The notes: a model not told the origin generated them from the letters alone. A DNA stretch of 34,856 nt from Verrucomicrobiota bacterium (GCA_900299315.1 OMJI01000099.1:1-34856); one strand, 5' to 3'. Positions 10,409 to 19,439 are shown, counted from the stretch's first letter. Numbers and translations are program-made.

Positions 10409-10572
10409 TGACTGTGCGTCGCGCGCTCCTGATTCTCTTGGCGGCTCTGGCTGTCGCCGGTTGCGCCACTCAGCGGGATGACGTCAGCACCATCCCGTGG
10501 AATCGGCCGCAAAGCTGGGAAGGCGCTGGCGGTCTCGGCGGGTTCCGCACCCCCGGCAGTCCCGGCTACTGA
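10408..10572 (+). CDS. small lipoprotein (54 aa), absent from the ORF track
   Basis: The ATG shares one base with the upstream TAA (TAATG at 10406-10410). Hand translation: MTVRRALLILLAALAVAGCATQRDDVSTIPWNRPQSWEGAGGLGGFRTPGSPGY, stop at 10570-10572. Lipobox LAVAG|C. Confidence 0.6.
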   Translation: MTVRRALLILLAALAVAGCATQRDDVSTIPWNRPQSWEGAGGLGGFRTPGSPGY

Positions 10573-10579
10573 GCGCTCG

Positions 10580-11590
10580 CTACACCAACAACTCGGCGAT
10601 CTGGACGGCGTTCAGCGCGGCGCCTTTCAAGAGCTGGTCGCCGCTCACGAAGAGTTCCAAACCCCGGCCGTCTTCGCGGGACACGTCCTGCCGGATGCGA
10701 CCGACCAGGCAGTCGTACATACCGGAAGCGTCGATCGGCATCGGGTACTTCTTGTTGGACGGATCGTCCACCACCTGTACGCCCGGTGACTTGGCGAGAA
10801 TCGCCCGCGCCTCCGCCGGGGTGATGGGCCGCTCGAACTCGATGTTCACCGCTTCACTGTGGGCCCGGTAGACGGGCACGCGCACGCACGTCGCGGAAAT
10901 CTTCAGGGTCGGGTGATGCATGATCTTGCGCGATTCGTTCACGAACTTCATCTCTTCCTTCGTGTAGCCGTTGTCGAGGAACACATCGACGTGCGGGAAG
11001 AGATTGAACGCGATCCGCTGCGGCAGCGTGTCCGCCCGGATATCCTTCTCGCCGCGCAACACCTTCGCGCTCTGCTCCTCCAACTCCGCCATCGCCTTCG
11101 CGCCCGCGCCGCTGGCCGCCTGGTAGGTGGAGACCACGATGCGCTTCACCGGGTTGACCTTGTGCAACGGATACACGGCCACGAGCATGATCGCGGTCGA
11201 GCAATTGGGGTTGGCGATGATGCCCTTGTGCAGCTTGGCATCACCGGGGTTCACTTCCGGCACGACGAGCGGCACATCCGGCTCCATGCGGAACGCGGAC
11301 GAGTTGTCGATCACCACGCAACCCGCCGCCACGGCCGCCCCGGCAAACTCCTTCGACCGACCCGCGCCTGCGCTGAACAACGCAAAGTCGATCCCCTTGA
11401 AAATGTCTTTCGTGAGCAATTCCACTGTCACGTCGGCGCCCTTGAACTTCAGCTTCTTGCCGACGCTCCGCTCCGAAGCGAACAACCGCAGGTTCTTGAC
11501 CGGGAAATTCCGCTTCTCCAAGGTTTCCATCATCTCGATGCCGACCGCGCCGGTCGCACCGACCACTGCCACGTTGTAGGTCTTGCTCAT
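10580..11590 (-). CDS. asd: aspartate-semialdehyde dehydrogenase
   Basis: MSKTYNVAVVGATGAVG Rossmann N-terminus and active-site NPNCST. ATG at 11590 is preceded by AGGAGTAATCAA. The longer track ORF extension is Arg/Pro-rich and implausible. Confidence 0.95.
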   Translation of the reverse strand: MSKTYNVAVVGATGAVGIEMMETLEKRNFPVKNLRLFASERSVGKKLKFKGADVTVELLTKDIFKGIDFALFSAGAGRSKEFAGAAVAAGCVVIDNSSAFRMEPDVPLVVPEVNPGDAKLHKGIIANPNCSTAIMLVAVYPLHKVNPVKRIVVSTYQAASGAGAKAMAELEEQSAKVLRGEKDIRADTLPQRIAFNLFPHVDVFLDNGYTKEEMKFVNESRKIMHHPTLKISATCVRVPVYRAHSEAVNIEFERPITPAEARAILAKSPGVQVVDDPSNKKYPMPIDASGMYDCLVGRIRQDVSREDGRGLELFVSGDQLLKGAALNAVQIAELLV

Positions 11591-11661
11591 TTGATTACTC
11601 CTGAAAGGGCGGCCAAATTGCCGAAAAGCACGCTGCCCAGCAAGCGAATTCTTGGCCGCGA

Positions 11662-13128
11662 TTACGTCAGCGCCGCAAGGCTGCCGGCCTTTGCCAGTTC
11701 GTCTTCCATCTCCACGATCTCCTTGATGTTCTGGAGAAACCACGGGTCGATGTGGCTGAGCCGGTGAATTTCCTCGGTCGTGAAGCCGGCGCGGTACGCG
11801 TGCCGGATATAGAAAATGCGTTCGGCGCAGGGTGTGATGAGTTTGCGCTCGATCAAGTCCCGGTCCACCAACTCCCGGCCGCCGCCCCATTTGCCGCCGC
11901 CGAGGCCGTGGGCGCCGATTTCCAAACCGCGCAGCGCCTTCTGGAGACTCTCTTTGAACGTCCGGCCGATCGCCATCACTTCGCCGACGCTCTTCATCTG
12001 CGTCGTCAACGTCGGGTTGGCCTGCGGGAATTTCTCGAAGGCAAATCGCGGAATCTTGGTGACCACGTAATCAATCGTCGGCTCAAAGCTGGCCGGGGTG
12101 GTCTTCGTGATGTCGTTGGGAATCTCGTCGAGCGTGTAGCCGACCGCGAGCTTGGCGGCGATCTTCGCGATGGGAAAGCCGGTCGCCTTCGAAGCGAGCG
12201 CGCTCGACCGGCTCACGCGCGGGTTCATTTCGATGATCACCATCCGGCCGTTTTGGGGATTCACACCAAACTGGATATTCGAGCCACCGGTCTCGACGCC
12301 GATCTCGCGGATGCAGGCGAAACTGGCGTCGCGCATGATCTGCCATTCCTTGTCGGTCAACGTCTGGATTGGCGCCACGGTGATGCTGTCGCCGGTATGC
12401 ACGCCCATCGGGTCCAAGTTTTCAATCGAGCAGACGATGACGCAGTTGTCGGCTTTGTCGCGCATCACCTCGGTCTCGTATTCCTTCCAGCCGATGAGCG
12501 ATTCCTCGACGAGAATCTCCGTGACCGGGCTGGCTTCGAGACCTTTCTGCGCCATCTCGTCGAACTCTTCCCGGTTGTACGCGATGCCGCCGCCGGTGCC
12601 GCCGAGCGTGTAGGCCGGGCGGATGATGACGGGGAATCGGCCGATTTTCTTCGTGATCTCCCGCGCCTCGTCGAGCGTGTGCGCGACGCCGCTGACCGGC
12701 AGGTCGAGGCCGATCTTCTGCATCGCTTCCTTGAACTTCAGCCGGTCCTCGCCCTTCTCGATCGCCTCCGCCTTCGCGCCGATCATCTCCACGCCGTGCT
12801 TCTGCAACACGCCGCTCCGCCACAACGCCATTGCCGTGTTCAAGCCGGTCTGCCCGCCCAGTGTCGGCAGCAACGCGTCGGGCTTCTCGCGTTCGATGAT
12901 CTTCTCGACCGCCTCGGGTGTGATCGGCTCGATGTAGGTGCCGTCGGCGAACTCGGGGTCGGTCATGATCGTGGCCGGGTTCGAGTTCACCAGCACGACC
13001 TTGTACCCCTCCTCGCGCAACGCCTTGCAGGCTTGGGTGCCGGAATAGTCAAACTCGCACGCCTGCCCGATGACGATCGGGCCGCTGCCGATGATGAGAA
13101 TCTTGTGGATGTCCGTGCGTTTGGGCAT
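11662..13128 (-). CDS. carB: carbamoyl-phosphate synthase large subunit, N-terminal half only (split gene)
   Basis: [30 protein letters not shown]... is the classic CarB N-terminus and first ATP-grasp. The ORF stops after 488 aa at ...[13 protein letters not shown], inside the oligomerisation region. asd follows after 71 nt of non-coding sequence. Confidence 0.93.
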   Translation of the reverse strand: MPKRTDIHKILIIGSGPIVIGQACEFDYSGTQACKALREEGYKVVLVNSNPATIMTDPEFADGTYIEPITPEAVEKIIEREKPDALLPTLGGQTGLNTAMALWRSGVLQKHGVEMIGAKAEAIEKGEDRLKFKEAMQKIGLDLPVSGVAHTLDEAREITKKIGRFPVIIRPAYTLGGTGGGIAYNREEFDEMAQKGLEASPVTEILVEESLIGWKEYETEVMRDKADNCVIVCSIENLDPMGVHTGDSITVAPIQTLTDKEWQIMRDASFACIREIGVETGGSNIQFGVNPQNGRMVIIEMNPRVSRSSALASKATGFPIAKIAAKLAVGYTLDEIPNDITKTTPASFEPTIDYVVTKIPRFAFEKFPQANPTLTTQMKSVGEVMAIGRTFKESLQKALRGLEIGAHGLGGGKWGGGRELVDRDLIERKLITPCAERIFYIRHAYRAGFTTEEIHRLSHIDPWFLQNIKEIVEMEDELAKAGSLAALT

Positions 13129-13168
13129 GGCGATTGGGTGCGAACGATATGCGACTCGCCGCCGCCGT

Positions 13169-14257
13169 TCAACCCGATTCTGTTGCCAGCGCCGGCTGCC
13201 GGCGTTTGAAGCGCTGGCTCAAGCGGTTGGACGGCGCTTCCACCAGCCGATGCAGCACTTCCGCCCCGGCCAGCGACAGGATGATCGCCGCCGTCACCGA
13301 CAGCCACAACACCACCGCGCTGCCGGCTTCCGCCGACTTCAGCCGGTCGAGCAGGTTCAACCCGATCAACATGTGCAACAGGTAAATGCTGTAACTGATC
13401 TTGCCCAAGTGCAGCAGCGGCCGGTACGCCAGCATAGTGGATAGCCGGCCCGCGATCCCGATGGCGAAAATCGCTCCTGCAGTCGCGACCGATACCACTC
13501 CGTCCAAATGCCCCTTCCCGATGACGACAGCCGCCAACGCCACGATGCCCGCCGCCACCCAGCCGGTCGGCACGCGCCGGCGGAGCGCCCAGTAAATGGC
13601 CACGCCCAGGAAGAATGTCCACGCCCGGCCGCCAAAGTCCGGGCTGGAATGATAAAACCAATGCCACAACGACCACCCGCTCACCATGGCCACGCCGAGC
13701 GCCGCCACCCACGACCGCGCCGAGTAATACGCCACCACGAGCAGCAGTAGATAAGACAGATAAAATTGCACCTCCAGGCACAACGTCCACGCCACATCCA
13801 AAATCCCGTGCGCGGGGTACACAAACGGCAGGTTCTGCAGATAAAACAGGTTGCTCAGGATACCTTTGAGTCCACCGTACATCAGGTAGTAATCCCGCCA
13901 CGGCCCCAGCCAGAAGAAGTACCCCACCGTCAGAAACGCCGCGACCCAGTACGGTGGATCCAATCGCAGGCTGCGCCGCAGGATGAAGTTACCGGCATAC
14001 CGCCAGTCGGCCCGGTACCCGTCCATCGAAAACGCGATCACAAAGCCGCTCAACACAAAGAACACTTCCACCCCGCAATACAAGTGCCCCACCACCCAGC
14101 CAATCCAGCCCGGCAGCTGCGCCGCGAGCTGCTCATGCACCGGTGACACGCCCACCGCGAAAAAGTGAAACACCATCACCGACACCGCCGCCAACCCGCG
14201 CAGCGCGTCGAGACAATGCAACCGGCCATTCAAGGTTGTTGTGGCAGCGGACCGCAT
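13169..14257 (-). CDS. acyltransferase family 3 (OafA/NolL-like) membrane protein
   Basis: [16 protein letters not shown] motif near the N-terminus and about 10 hydrophobic helices. ATG at 14257 (MRSAATTT...). Confidence 0.85.
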   Translation of the reverse strand: MRSAATTTLNGRLHCLDALRGLAAVSVMVFHFFAVGVSPVHEQLAAQLPGWIGWVVGHLYCGVEVFFVLSGFVIAFSMDGYRADWRYAGNFILRRSLRLDPPYWVAAFLTVGYFFWLGPWRDYYLMYGGLKGILSNLFYLQNLPFVYPAHGILDVAWTLCLEVQFYLSYLLLLVVAYYSARSWVAALGVAMVSGWSLWHWFYHSSPDFGGRAWTFFLGVAIYWALRRRVPTGWVAAGIVALAAVVIGKGHLDGVVSVATAGAIFAIGIAGRLSTMLAYRPLLHLGKISYSIYLLHMLIGLNLLDRLKSAEAGSAVVLWLSVTAAIILSLAGAEVLHRLVEAPSNRLSQRFKRRQPALATESG

Positions 14258-14316
14258 TGCGCGCAGCCTAGCACTGGCTTGTTTCCAATCAACCACGATT
14301 CTGGCACAGTGCCGGC

Positions 14317-15399
14317 ATGGCTGCCCTCGACCAATGGCTCGACCACCTCCGCGCCGCGGTGGCAAACGGCTCGTTCGTGAAGCTGACGCTCGGCACGCAT
14401 CGCGGCACAGACAAATCGCTGCGCAACCTCCTCGCGCGCCCGGTCAAACTCCGCGCCGGTGACCGTCTCCAACTCGTCTACCGGCACACCACCCGCGACG
14501 TAACCAAGAACCTCGCGCCCGACGAAGCCATCGCCACGATTGCCGGACTGCTGAACGCAGATTTTGCCAGCGCCCACCTCTTCACCACCGACTTCACCGC
14601 CGACTGGAAACGCAAAGCCCCCAAGCTCATCATCGGTAAGCCGCAACACACCTCCCCGGACACCGGCCACGACCGGACCAAACACCGTCTCATCCCACCC
14701 GGCGCCCCGTGGTTGCAAGCCCTGCAAGCCTCACCGGACAAGCTCCGCCAGATTAATAAGTTCGCGGAGATCCTCGTCTCGCTCGCCCCGGCCCGCGAAA
14801 ATCTGCGCATCGTCGACATGGGCTGCGGCAAAGGCTACCTCACGTTCGCCACCTATGAACTTTTGCGCGGCGAGATCCGCGGAATCGAAGCCCGGCCGGA
14901 GTTGGTCAAGCTTTGCAACCGCGTCGCGGAAGAGAACAACTTCACCGGCCTCCGTTTTAAAACCGGAACCATTGCGGACACAACTATCGAATCCATCGAT
15001 GTCCTCATTGCCCTCCATGCCTGCGACACCGCGACCGATGACGCCATTGCCAAGGGCATCCAAGCCGGAGCCCAAGTCATCATCGTCGCGCCCTGCTGCC
15101 ACAAGGAACTCCGGCCGCAACTCAAAGTCTTGCCGGCCCTGCAACACGGCATCCTGCTCGAGCGCCAAGCCGAGTTGGTCACCGACGCCCTGCGCGCCGC
15201 GTTGCTCGAATGGGCCGGCTATGAGACCAAAGTCTTTGAATTCATCTCCACCGAACACACCGCCAAGAACCTCATGATCACCGCCGTGAAACGCGACCGG
15301 CGCGGCAACGAACAACCCGTCCGTGAATTGGCAGCAACTTACGGTATCGAACGCCAGCAGTTGGCAAAGAGACTGGGCTTTGAACTGGGACGAGCTTGA
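14317..15399 (+). CDS. class I SAM-dependent methyltransferase (Methyltransf_32-like)
   Basis: SAM motif I VDMGCGKGYLTF and downstream ALHACDTATD. ATG at 14317. Confidence 0.85.
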   Translation: MAALDQWLDHLRAAVANGSFVKLTLGTHRGTDKSLRNLLARPVKLRAGDRLQLVYRHTTRDVTKNLAPDEAIATIAGLLNADFASAHLFTTDFTADWKRKAPKLIIGKPQHTSPDTGHDRTKHRLIPPGAPWLQALQASPDKLRQINKFAEILVSLAPARENLRIVDMGCGKGYLTFATYELLRGEIRGIEARPELVKLCNRVAEENNFTGLRFKTGTIADTTIESIDVLIALHACDTATDDAIAKGIQAGAQVIIVAPCCHKELRPQLKVLPALQHGILLERQAELVTDALRAALLEWAGYETKVFEFISTEHTAKNLMITAVKRDRRGNEQPVRELAATYGIERQQLAKRLGFELGRA

Positions 15400-16234
15400 T
15401 TGGAACATCCTCGACCGGCTGCGGGAACAATTCCTCACCGCCGCGCCCGGTGACTACTGGAAGTCGCCAGCCGACCTCGCCCAATACGATTTCACCTTCG
15501 CTCAACGCATCGCGTGGAAGTGGGACGCCGTCCTCGCTGAACTCCAGCGACTGTATTGGACGCCCCCGCCGGGCCCACTCCTCGATTGGGGATGCGGCAG
15601 CGGCATTGCCGGGCGGCGAGTCTGTAAAACCTTCGCGATCAAACAAAGGCTGGTCTACGACCGGTCTGCGCTCGCGATGAATTTTGCCGGCGGGGAGCGC
15701 TGGCAAGGCGAGGCTCCCGGCATTCTGGTTCTCAGCCACGTTATCAACGAGCTGAAAGAACTACCGGCGGTCATCCACCAAGCCGAAGCCGTGATCTGGG
15801 TCGAGCCCGGCACCTTCGCCGATAGCCGCGCCCTCATCGCCGCGCGCGAAAAACTCCGCGATCGATTCCACGTCGTCGCGCCCTGCACGCACCGTGAGAA
15901 ATGCGGCATCACCGGCACCGACTGGTGCCATTTCTTCGCCGATCCGCCTGCCGGGGTCATGGCCGATCCGAACTGGGTCCGTTTTGCCCAGCGCGCCGGT
16001 ATCGATTTGCGGAGCCTCCCCTACAGCTATCTGGTCCTCGAATCCCGGTCGCGGTTGAAAACCGCTCCCACGGGAACGACCGCCCGCGTCATCGGTGAGC
16101 CGCGCCGGTACAAAGGCTACGCCAAAGCGCTGCTCTGTAATGCGACCGGGGTGCGCGACACGATGATCCAGAAACGCGACGTGCCGCTTAAAACAATTCG
16201 TTCTGGCTCCGTCCTCGCTAGGCTCAAAACGTAG
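15323..16234 (+). CDS. Rsm22-family methyltransferase-like protein
   Basis: LLDWGCGSGIAG SAM motif and Cys cluster CTHREKCGI...DWCHFF as in Rsm22-like proteins. The start is uncertain: GTG 15323 (77-nt overlap with the upstream gene) or TTG 15380 (20-nt overlap). Confidence 0.8.
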   Translation: MNWQQLTVSNASSWQRDWALNWDELDWNILDRLREQFLTAAPGDYWKSPADLAQYDFTFAQRIAWKWDAVLAELQRLYWTPPPGPLLDWGCGSGIAGRRVCKTFAIKQRLVYDRSALAMNFAGGERWQGEAPGILVLSHVINELKELPAVIHQAEAVIWVEPGTFADSRALIAAREKLRDRFHVVAPCTHREKCGITGTDWCHFFADPPAGVMADPNWVRFAQRAGIDLRSLPYSYLVLESRSRLKTAPTGTTARVIGEPRRYKGYAKALLCNATGVRDTMIQKRDVPLKTIRSGSVLARLKT

Positions 16235-16241
16235 CCACGAA
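16231..16241. repeat. left arm of inverted repeat bracketing the GxxExxY gene
   Basis: GTAGCCACGAA, perfect reverse complement of 16656-16666. It contains the TAG stop of the Rsm22-like gene. CACGAA hexamers at 16236 and 16254. Confidence 0.85.
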
Positions 16242-16263
16242 TGACACAAAGGGCACGAAGAAG

Positions 16264-16647
16264 TCAGAGAATGGTGCGAACTGTTTCCAGTTTGGAGCGC
16301 TTGAGGTTGAGATAAAGCCCTAGCCGGCAGCTGGTCAGTCGCAGGTAACTTAACATGACAGCCCTATGTTCTGGTGTGATGGTGTCGACACACTTCGTGT
16401 CCACGACGATCTTGCCGTACGCAATCAAGTCGGGGATATGCTCACCAACTTGGACGCCTTTGTATATGATGGGATAGCTTTGCTGTTGTGCGTAAGGCAC
16501 TCCTTGCTTCTGAAACTCGACCACCAAGGCATTCTCGTAAGGCTTCTCAAGCAGTCCCGGCCCCAACTCCTTCAGCACTTCGATGGCACAACCGACGATC
16601 TTGTAGGCTTCCTGCCGGTACAAGACTTGTTCGTGATTCGTGTCCAT
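16264..16647 (-). CDS. GxxExxY protein (PD-(D/E)XK nuclease-fold family)
   Basis: 127 aa with the signature GPGLLEKPYENAL and downstream IPDLIAYGKIVVDTKC (D...D/ExK-like). Visibly lower GC than the neighbouring genes. Confidence 0.9.
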   Translation of the reverse strand: MDTNHEQVLYRQEAYKIVGCAIEVLKELGPGLLEKPYENALVVEFQKQGVPYAQQQSYPIIYKGVQVGEHIPDLIAYGKIVVDTKCVDTITPEHRAVMLSYLRLTSCRLGLYLNLKRSKLETVRTIL

Positions 16648-16655
16648 TCGTGTGC

Positions 16656-16666
16656 TTCGTGGCTAC
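16656..16666. repeat. right arm of inverted repeat bracketing the GxxExxY gene
   Basis: TTCGTGGCTAC. It contains the TAG stop of ruvB on the minus strand. Four TTCGTG hexamers start at 16630, 16637, 16647 and 16656. Confidence 0.85.
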
Positions 16667-17673
16667 AGCAATTCCCCGTCCTTCCGCCGTGAAACCCCGA
16701 GCTTCTTGAACGCGAGGTCGGTGGGGACGCGGCCTTGCGGGGTGCGGTTGAGGTAGCCTTCCTGGATGAGGAATGGCTCGTAGACTTCTTCGAGGGTGTC
16801 CGGTTCCTCGCCGACGGCCACCGCCAGCGAGTTCACACCCACCGGCTTGCCGGCAAACTTGTGGACGAGGGTGGCGAGGATGCGCTTGTCCATGTCGTCG
16901 AGGCCGTGTTCGTCGATTTCCAACATGCTGAGCGCCTTGTCGGCGATCTCGGCGGTGATGGTGGCGGACTTGGCTTTGACTTGCGCGTAATCCCGGCAGC
17001 GTTTCAACAGATTGTTCGCAATGCGCGGCGTGCCGCGGGACCGTTTCGCCACTTCCAGCGCGCCAGCGGCGTCGATGCCGACGTTCAGGATACCGGCCGC
17101 ACGGGTAATGATGGCTGCCAAGTCGCCGGCAGAATAGTAATCAAGCCGCTCGGTGAGACCGAACCGCGACCGCATCGGCGCGGTGAGCAAACCGCTGCGG
17201 GTCGTGGCGCCGACGAGTGTGAACCGCGGCAACGCGAGCTTCACGCTCCGGGCGTTCGGCCCTTGGTCGATGACGATATCGAGCCGGAAATCCTCCATCG
17301 CCGGGTAGAGATATTCCTCCACCGTTTTCTGGAGCCGGTGGATTTCGTCGATGAAAAGGACATCCCCGGCTTCGAGCTTGGTAAGCAGCCCGGCGAGGTC
17401 ACCGGCCTTCTCGATGACCGGGCCGCTGCTGACGACGACGTTCACGCCCATCGCCTTGGCGAGGATGTGGGCGAGCGTGGTCTTGCCAAGGCCGGGCGGG
17501 CCGCTGAGCAGGATGTGATCGAGTGATTCCCTGCGGAGCCGGGCGGCTTCGACGGCGAGTTCGAGACGTTCCTTCACTTTCGCCTGCCCGGTAAAGTCTG
17601 CGAACAAACTCGGCCGCAACGACAGATCAAGCGTCTTGTCGTGGATCGTCTGCGTCACAAACCGGTCGGCCAT
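16663..17673 (-). CDS. ruvB: Holliday junction branch migration helicase RuvB
   Basis: Walker [10 protein letters not shown], Walker B LFIDEIH, C-terminal winged helix. ATG at 17673 (MADRFVTQ...). Confidence 0.95.
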   Translation of the reverse strand: MADRFVTQTIHDKTLDLSLRPSLFADFTGQAKVKERLELAVEAARLRRESLDHILLSGPPGLGKTTLAHILAKAMGVNVVVSSGPVIEKAGDLAGLLTKLEAGDVLFIDEIHRLQKTVEEYLYPAMEDFRLDIVIDQGPNARSVKLALPRFTLVGATTRSGLLTAPMRSRFGLTERLDYYSAGDLAAIITRAAGILNVGIDAAGALEVAKRSRGTPRIANNLLKRCRDYAQVKAKSATITAEIADKALSMLEIDEHGLDDMDKRILATLVHKFAGKPVGVNSLAVAVGEEPDTLEEVYEPFLIQEGYLNRTPQGRVPTDLAFKKLGVSRRKDGELL

Positions 17674-17719
17674 GGCGCCGAAGATGTCGGATGTCAGCGG
17701 GCTGACGCAAGCAAAAGGT

Positions 17720-17780
17720 TGTAGCGGCCGCCGTCTCGGCGGCAATCGGAGTTGGAGCCGCCGAGACGGCGGCCGCTACA
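17720..17780. repeat. palindromic TGTAGC...GCTACA element, copy R2 (24-bp perfect inverted repeat)
   Basis: TGTAGCGGCCGCCGTCTCGGCGGC (17720-17743), 13-nt loop, GCCGCCGAGACGGCGGCCGCTACA (17757-17780). The right arm contains the TAG stop of the upstream minus-strand gene. On the minus strand, AACCTTTTGC follows the hairpin. Confidence 0.9.
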
Positions 17781-18372
17781 CCAAACGGGCAATGCGTTCC
17801 TGAGCGAGCCGGGCGTGTTTGGTGCCGGGGTAGCGCGTCTCGATCTCACGGAGCGTGGCGATGGCGGCGGTGCGGTCATTTTTCAATTCCATCAGCCAAT
17901 CCGCGAGCCGACCGGCCACGAGGGCGAAGGCGTCCTCGCCGGTCGCTTTGTGCAACGCGGCGTGCAGTTCAGCGAGCGCGGCGTCGGGATCGTCGAGTTG
18001 TTCGCGCAACAGTTCGGCGATGCGAATGTGCGGGTAGGTCTCGTCGGGGAACTTGGCGATGTCCTCGCGAAACGCCGCGACCGCGTCGGCGTACCGGCCT
18101 TGGCGGACGCGCGCCTCGGCGATGCTGTATTGCGGGCGAACCCGGAAATTCTTGTCGGACGTCATAAACAGGCCGCCGGCCGTCTCGCCGAGCCAGTTGA
18201 TGAGCGGCCACCCGACGAAGGGAAACCAAAGCATCCCGGTCAACGCGGCCCACGCCACAATGGTGAATGCGTTGTAGCCGATTCCCAGCCACCGCAGCCC
18301 GACCCACCAGAACAACACCGTCGCCACCACCCCGCCGAGAATACGCGCCGCGATGGCCAACCACGCGTTCAT
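17776..18372 (-). CDS. membrane protein with C-terminal TPR-like helical repeat
   Basis: ATG at 18372 (MNAWLAIAARILGG...). Two to three TM helices are followed by an ARVRQGRYADAVAAFREDI... helical-repeat region. The start overlaps the MOSC stop (ATGA). Confidence 0.75.
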   Translation of the reverse strand: MNAWLAIAARILGGVVATVLFWWVGLRWLGIGYNAFTIVAWAALTGMLWFPFVGWPLINWLGETAGGLFMTSDKNFRVRPQYSIAEARVRQGRYADAVAAFREDIAKFPDETYPHIRIAELLREQLDDPDAALAELHAALHKATGEDAFALVAGRLADWLMELKNDRTAAIATLREIETRYPGTKHARLAQERIARLV

Positions 18373-18809
18373 GGGCCGGTGAGTTCGACCGCGTCGCCGA
18401 CGCGGATCGTCCCGGGCTTCACGACCCGGCACGTCACGCCGGCGCGCCAGTCTGGTTTCAGCGCGGTCTGCAAACCATCCCGGGCTTCGTCCATCCGGTG
18501 GCACGGCGTGGTTTCGCCGGTGATCTCGAGTTCCAGTTCGCCGATGCGCAGTCGCCGGCCGGTGGTTTGCGCCAACGCGACGCCCTCCACCAGCAAGTTG
18601 GCGCGCCGCGCGGTCCAAGGCACCTCCGCGCCGAGGGTCCGGCAGGCTTCCTGCCAGCCTTCCCGAGCGACGACGGTCACCTGGCGCTTGCCGGGTTTGC
18701 CGCGGAAATCGTTGGCGACGCCACGTTCGAGCGTGACGGCAGCTTCGGTGAGAGTTTCCATCGGCGCCCGCGAGGCGCGGTGAATGGCAATCGCGAGAAG
18801 GTTCGGCAT
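18369..18809 (-). CDS. MOSC domain-containing protein
   Basis: ...GVANDFRGKPGKRQVTVV...LELEITGETTPCHRMD...VKPGTIRVGD pattern of MOSC beta-barrel proteins, including the conserved Cys. ATG at 18809 (MPNLLAIA...). Confidence 0.85.
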   Translation of the reverse strand: MPNLLAIAIHRASRAPMETLTEAAVTLERGVANDFRGKPGKRQVTVVAREGWQEACRTLGAEVPWTARRANLLVEGVALAQTTGRRLRIGELELEITGETTPCHRMDEARDGLQTALKPDWRAGVTCRVVKPGTIRVGDAVELTGP

Positions 18810-18890
18810 GGCAGGGACAAGATGCTCCGGGAACGCCCTGCGTCGCAACAAATTTACGCCATCAGCGGCTGGCCGTTGAACTCGCGGACG
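18803..18890. repeat. 88-bp direct repeat, copy A (left boundary of islet)
   Basis: 86/88 identical to 20458-20545 by hand alignment, with mismatches at repeat positions 31 and 60. It spans the MOSC start codon and a duplicated 3' fragment of the URO-D-like gene. Confidence 0.95.
18854..18889 (-). pseudogene. duplicated 3'-terminal fragment of the URO-D-like gene
   Basis: Encodes VREFNGQPLMA-stop. The intact gene ends VREFNGQPLLA-stop at 20509. Homology stops upstream of VREF. Confidence 0.75.
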
Positions 18891-18948
18891 TTGGCCCTGA
18901 AGTCAGAGAAGCAACGACGAGTGACACGAAACACCGGTAAGCAGCCGT

Positions 18949-19153
18949 CCCCAGCGGCTCGGCTGGACATCTTTACACTGCGGCCGTTTTGTAGGGCGCG
19001 AAGCCCCGTGTCGTTTCGGGGTTTCGTGCCGTGGCCTTGAAGCAAGCAACGCTCGCGGCGCGATACCTACACGACAGGCATCGCGCCCTACAACGCGCCG
19101 TCTGGTTGGGATTGCGGCAGTGGCAAGATGCGCCCCAACGGCTCGGCTGCACA
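18949..19153. repeat. palindromic TGTAGG...CCTACA element, copy R3, with flanking 21-bp direct repeats
   Basis: TGTAGGGCGCGA (18990-19001) pairs with TCGCGCCCTACA (19081-19092). There is an internal hairpin GCCCCG...CGGGGT. Direct repeats CCCCAGCGGCTCGGCTGGACA (18949-18969) and CCCCAACGGCTCGGCTGCACA (19133-19153) match 19/21. Confidence 0.7.
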
Positions 19154-19161
19154 CCAATCCA

Positions 19162-19190
19162 TTGCGCGATACTGACGCGGACGGTATAGT
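19162..19190 (+). promoter_or_regulatory. sigma70-like promoter candidate abutting the DUF4160 start
   Basis: TTGCGC (19162-19167), 17-nt spacer, TATAGT (19185-19190). ATG at 19191 and GTG at 19197 follow immediately. Confidence 0.35.
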
Positions 19191-19439
19191 ATGCGCGTGC
19201 CAACGGTTCATCGGGAGGCGGGATTCGTGTTCTACTTCTATGCGGAAGAAGGCACGGAACCGCCCCATGTTCATGTGGACAAGGGCGACGGCACGGCCAA
19301 ACTGTGGTTGAATCCGGTGCGACTGGCGTGGACCGAAGACTTGAAAGTCACCGAGGTGCGCCACGCCTTGAGAATTGCCGAGAAACAACAGACGAAGTTG
19401 ATGGAGGCATGGAATGAGTTCTTCGCGCGCGAAAGTTAA
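19191..19439 (+). CDS. DUF4160 domain-containing protein
   Basis: (M)PTVHREAGFVFYFYAEEGTEPPHVHV matches the DUF4160 N-terminal pattern (MPT..., PPH[FV]HV). The start is ATG 19191 or, more family-like, GTG 19197. Confidence 0.85.
   Translation: MRVPTVHREAGFVFYFYAEEGTEPPHVHVDKGDGTAKLWLNPVRLAWTEDLKVTEVRHALRIAEKQQTKLMEAWNEFFARES

Noticed and set aside
11752-13209. 485-aa ORF on the plus strand
   Set aside because: It is antisense to carB, whose identity is unambiguous. Its composition is biased towards Arg/Asp/Leu/Ala.
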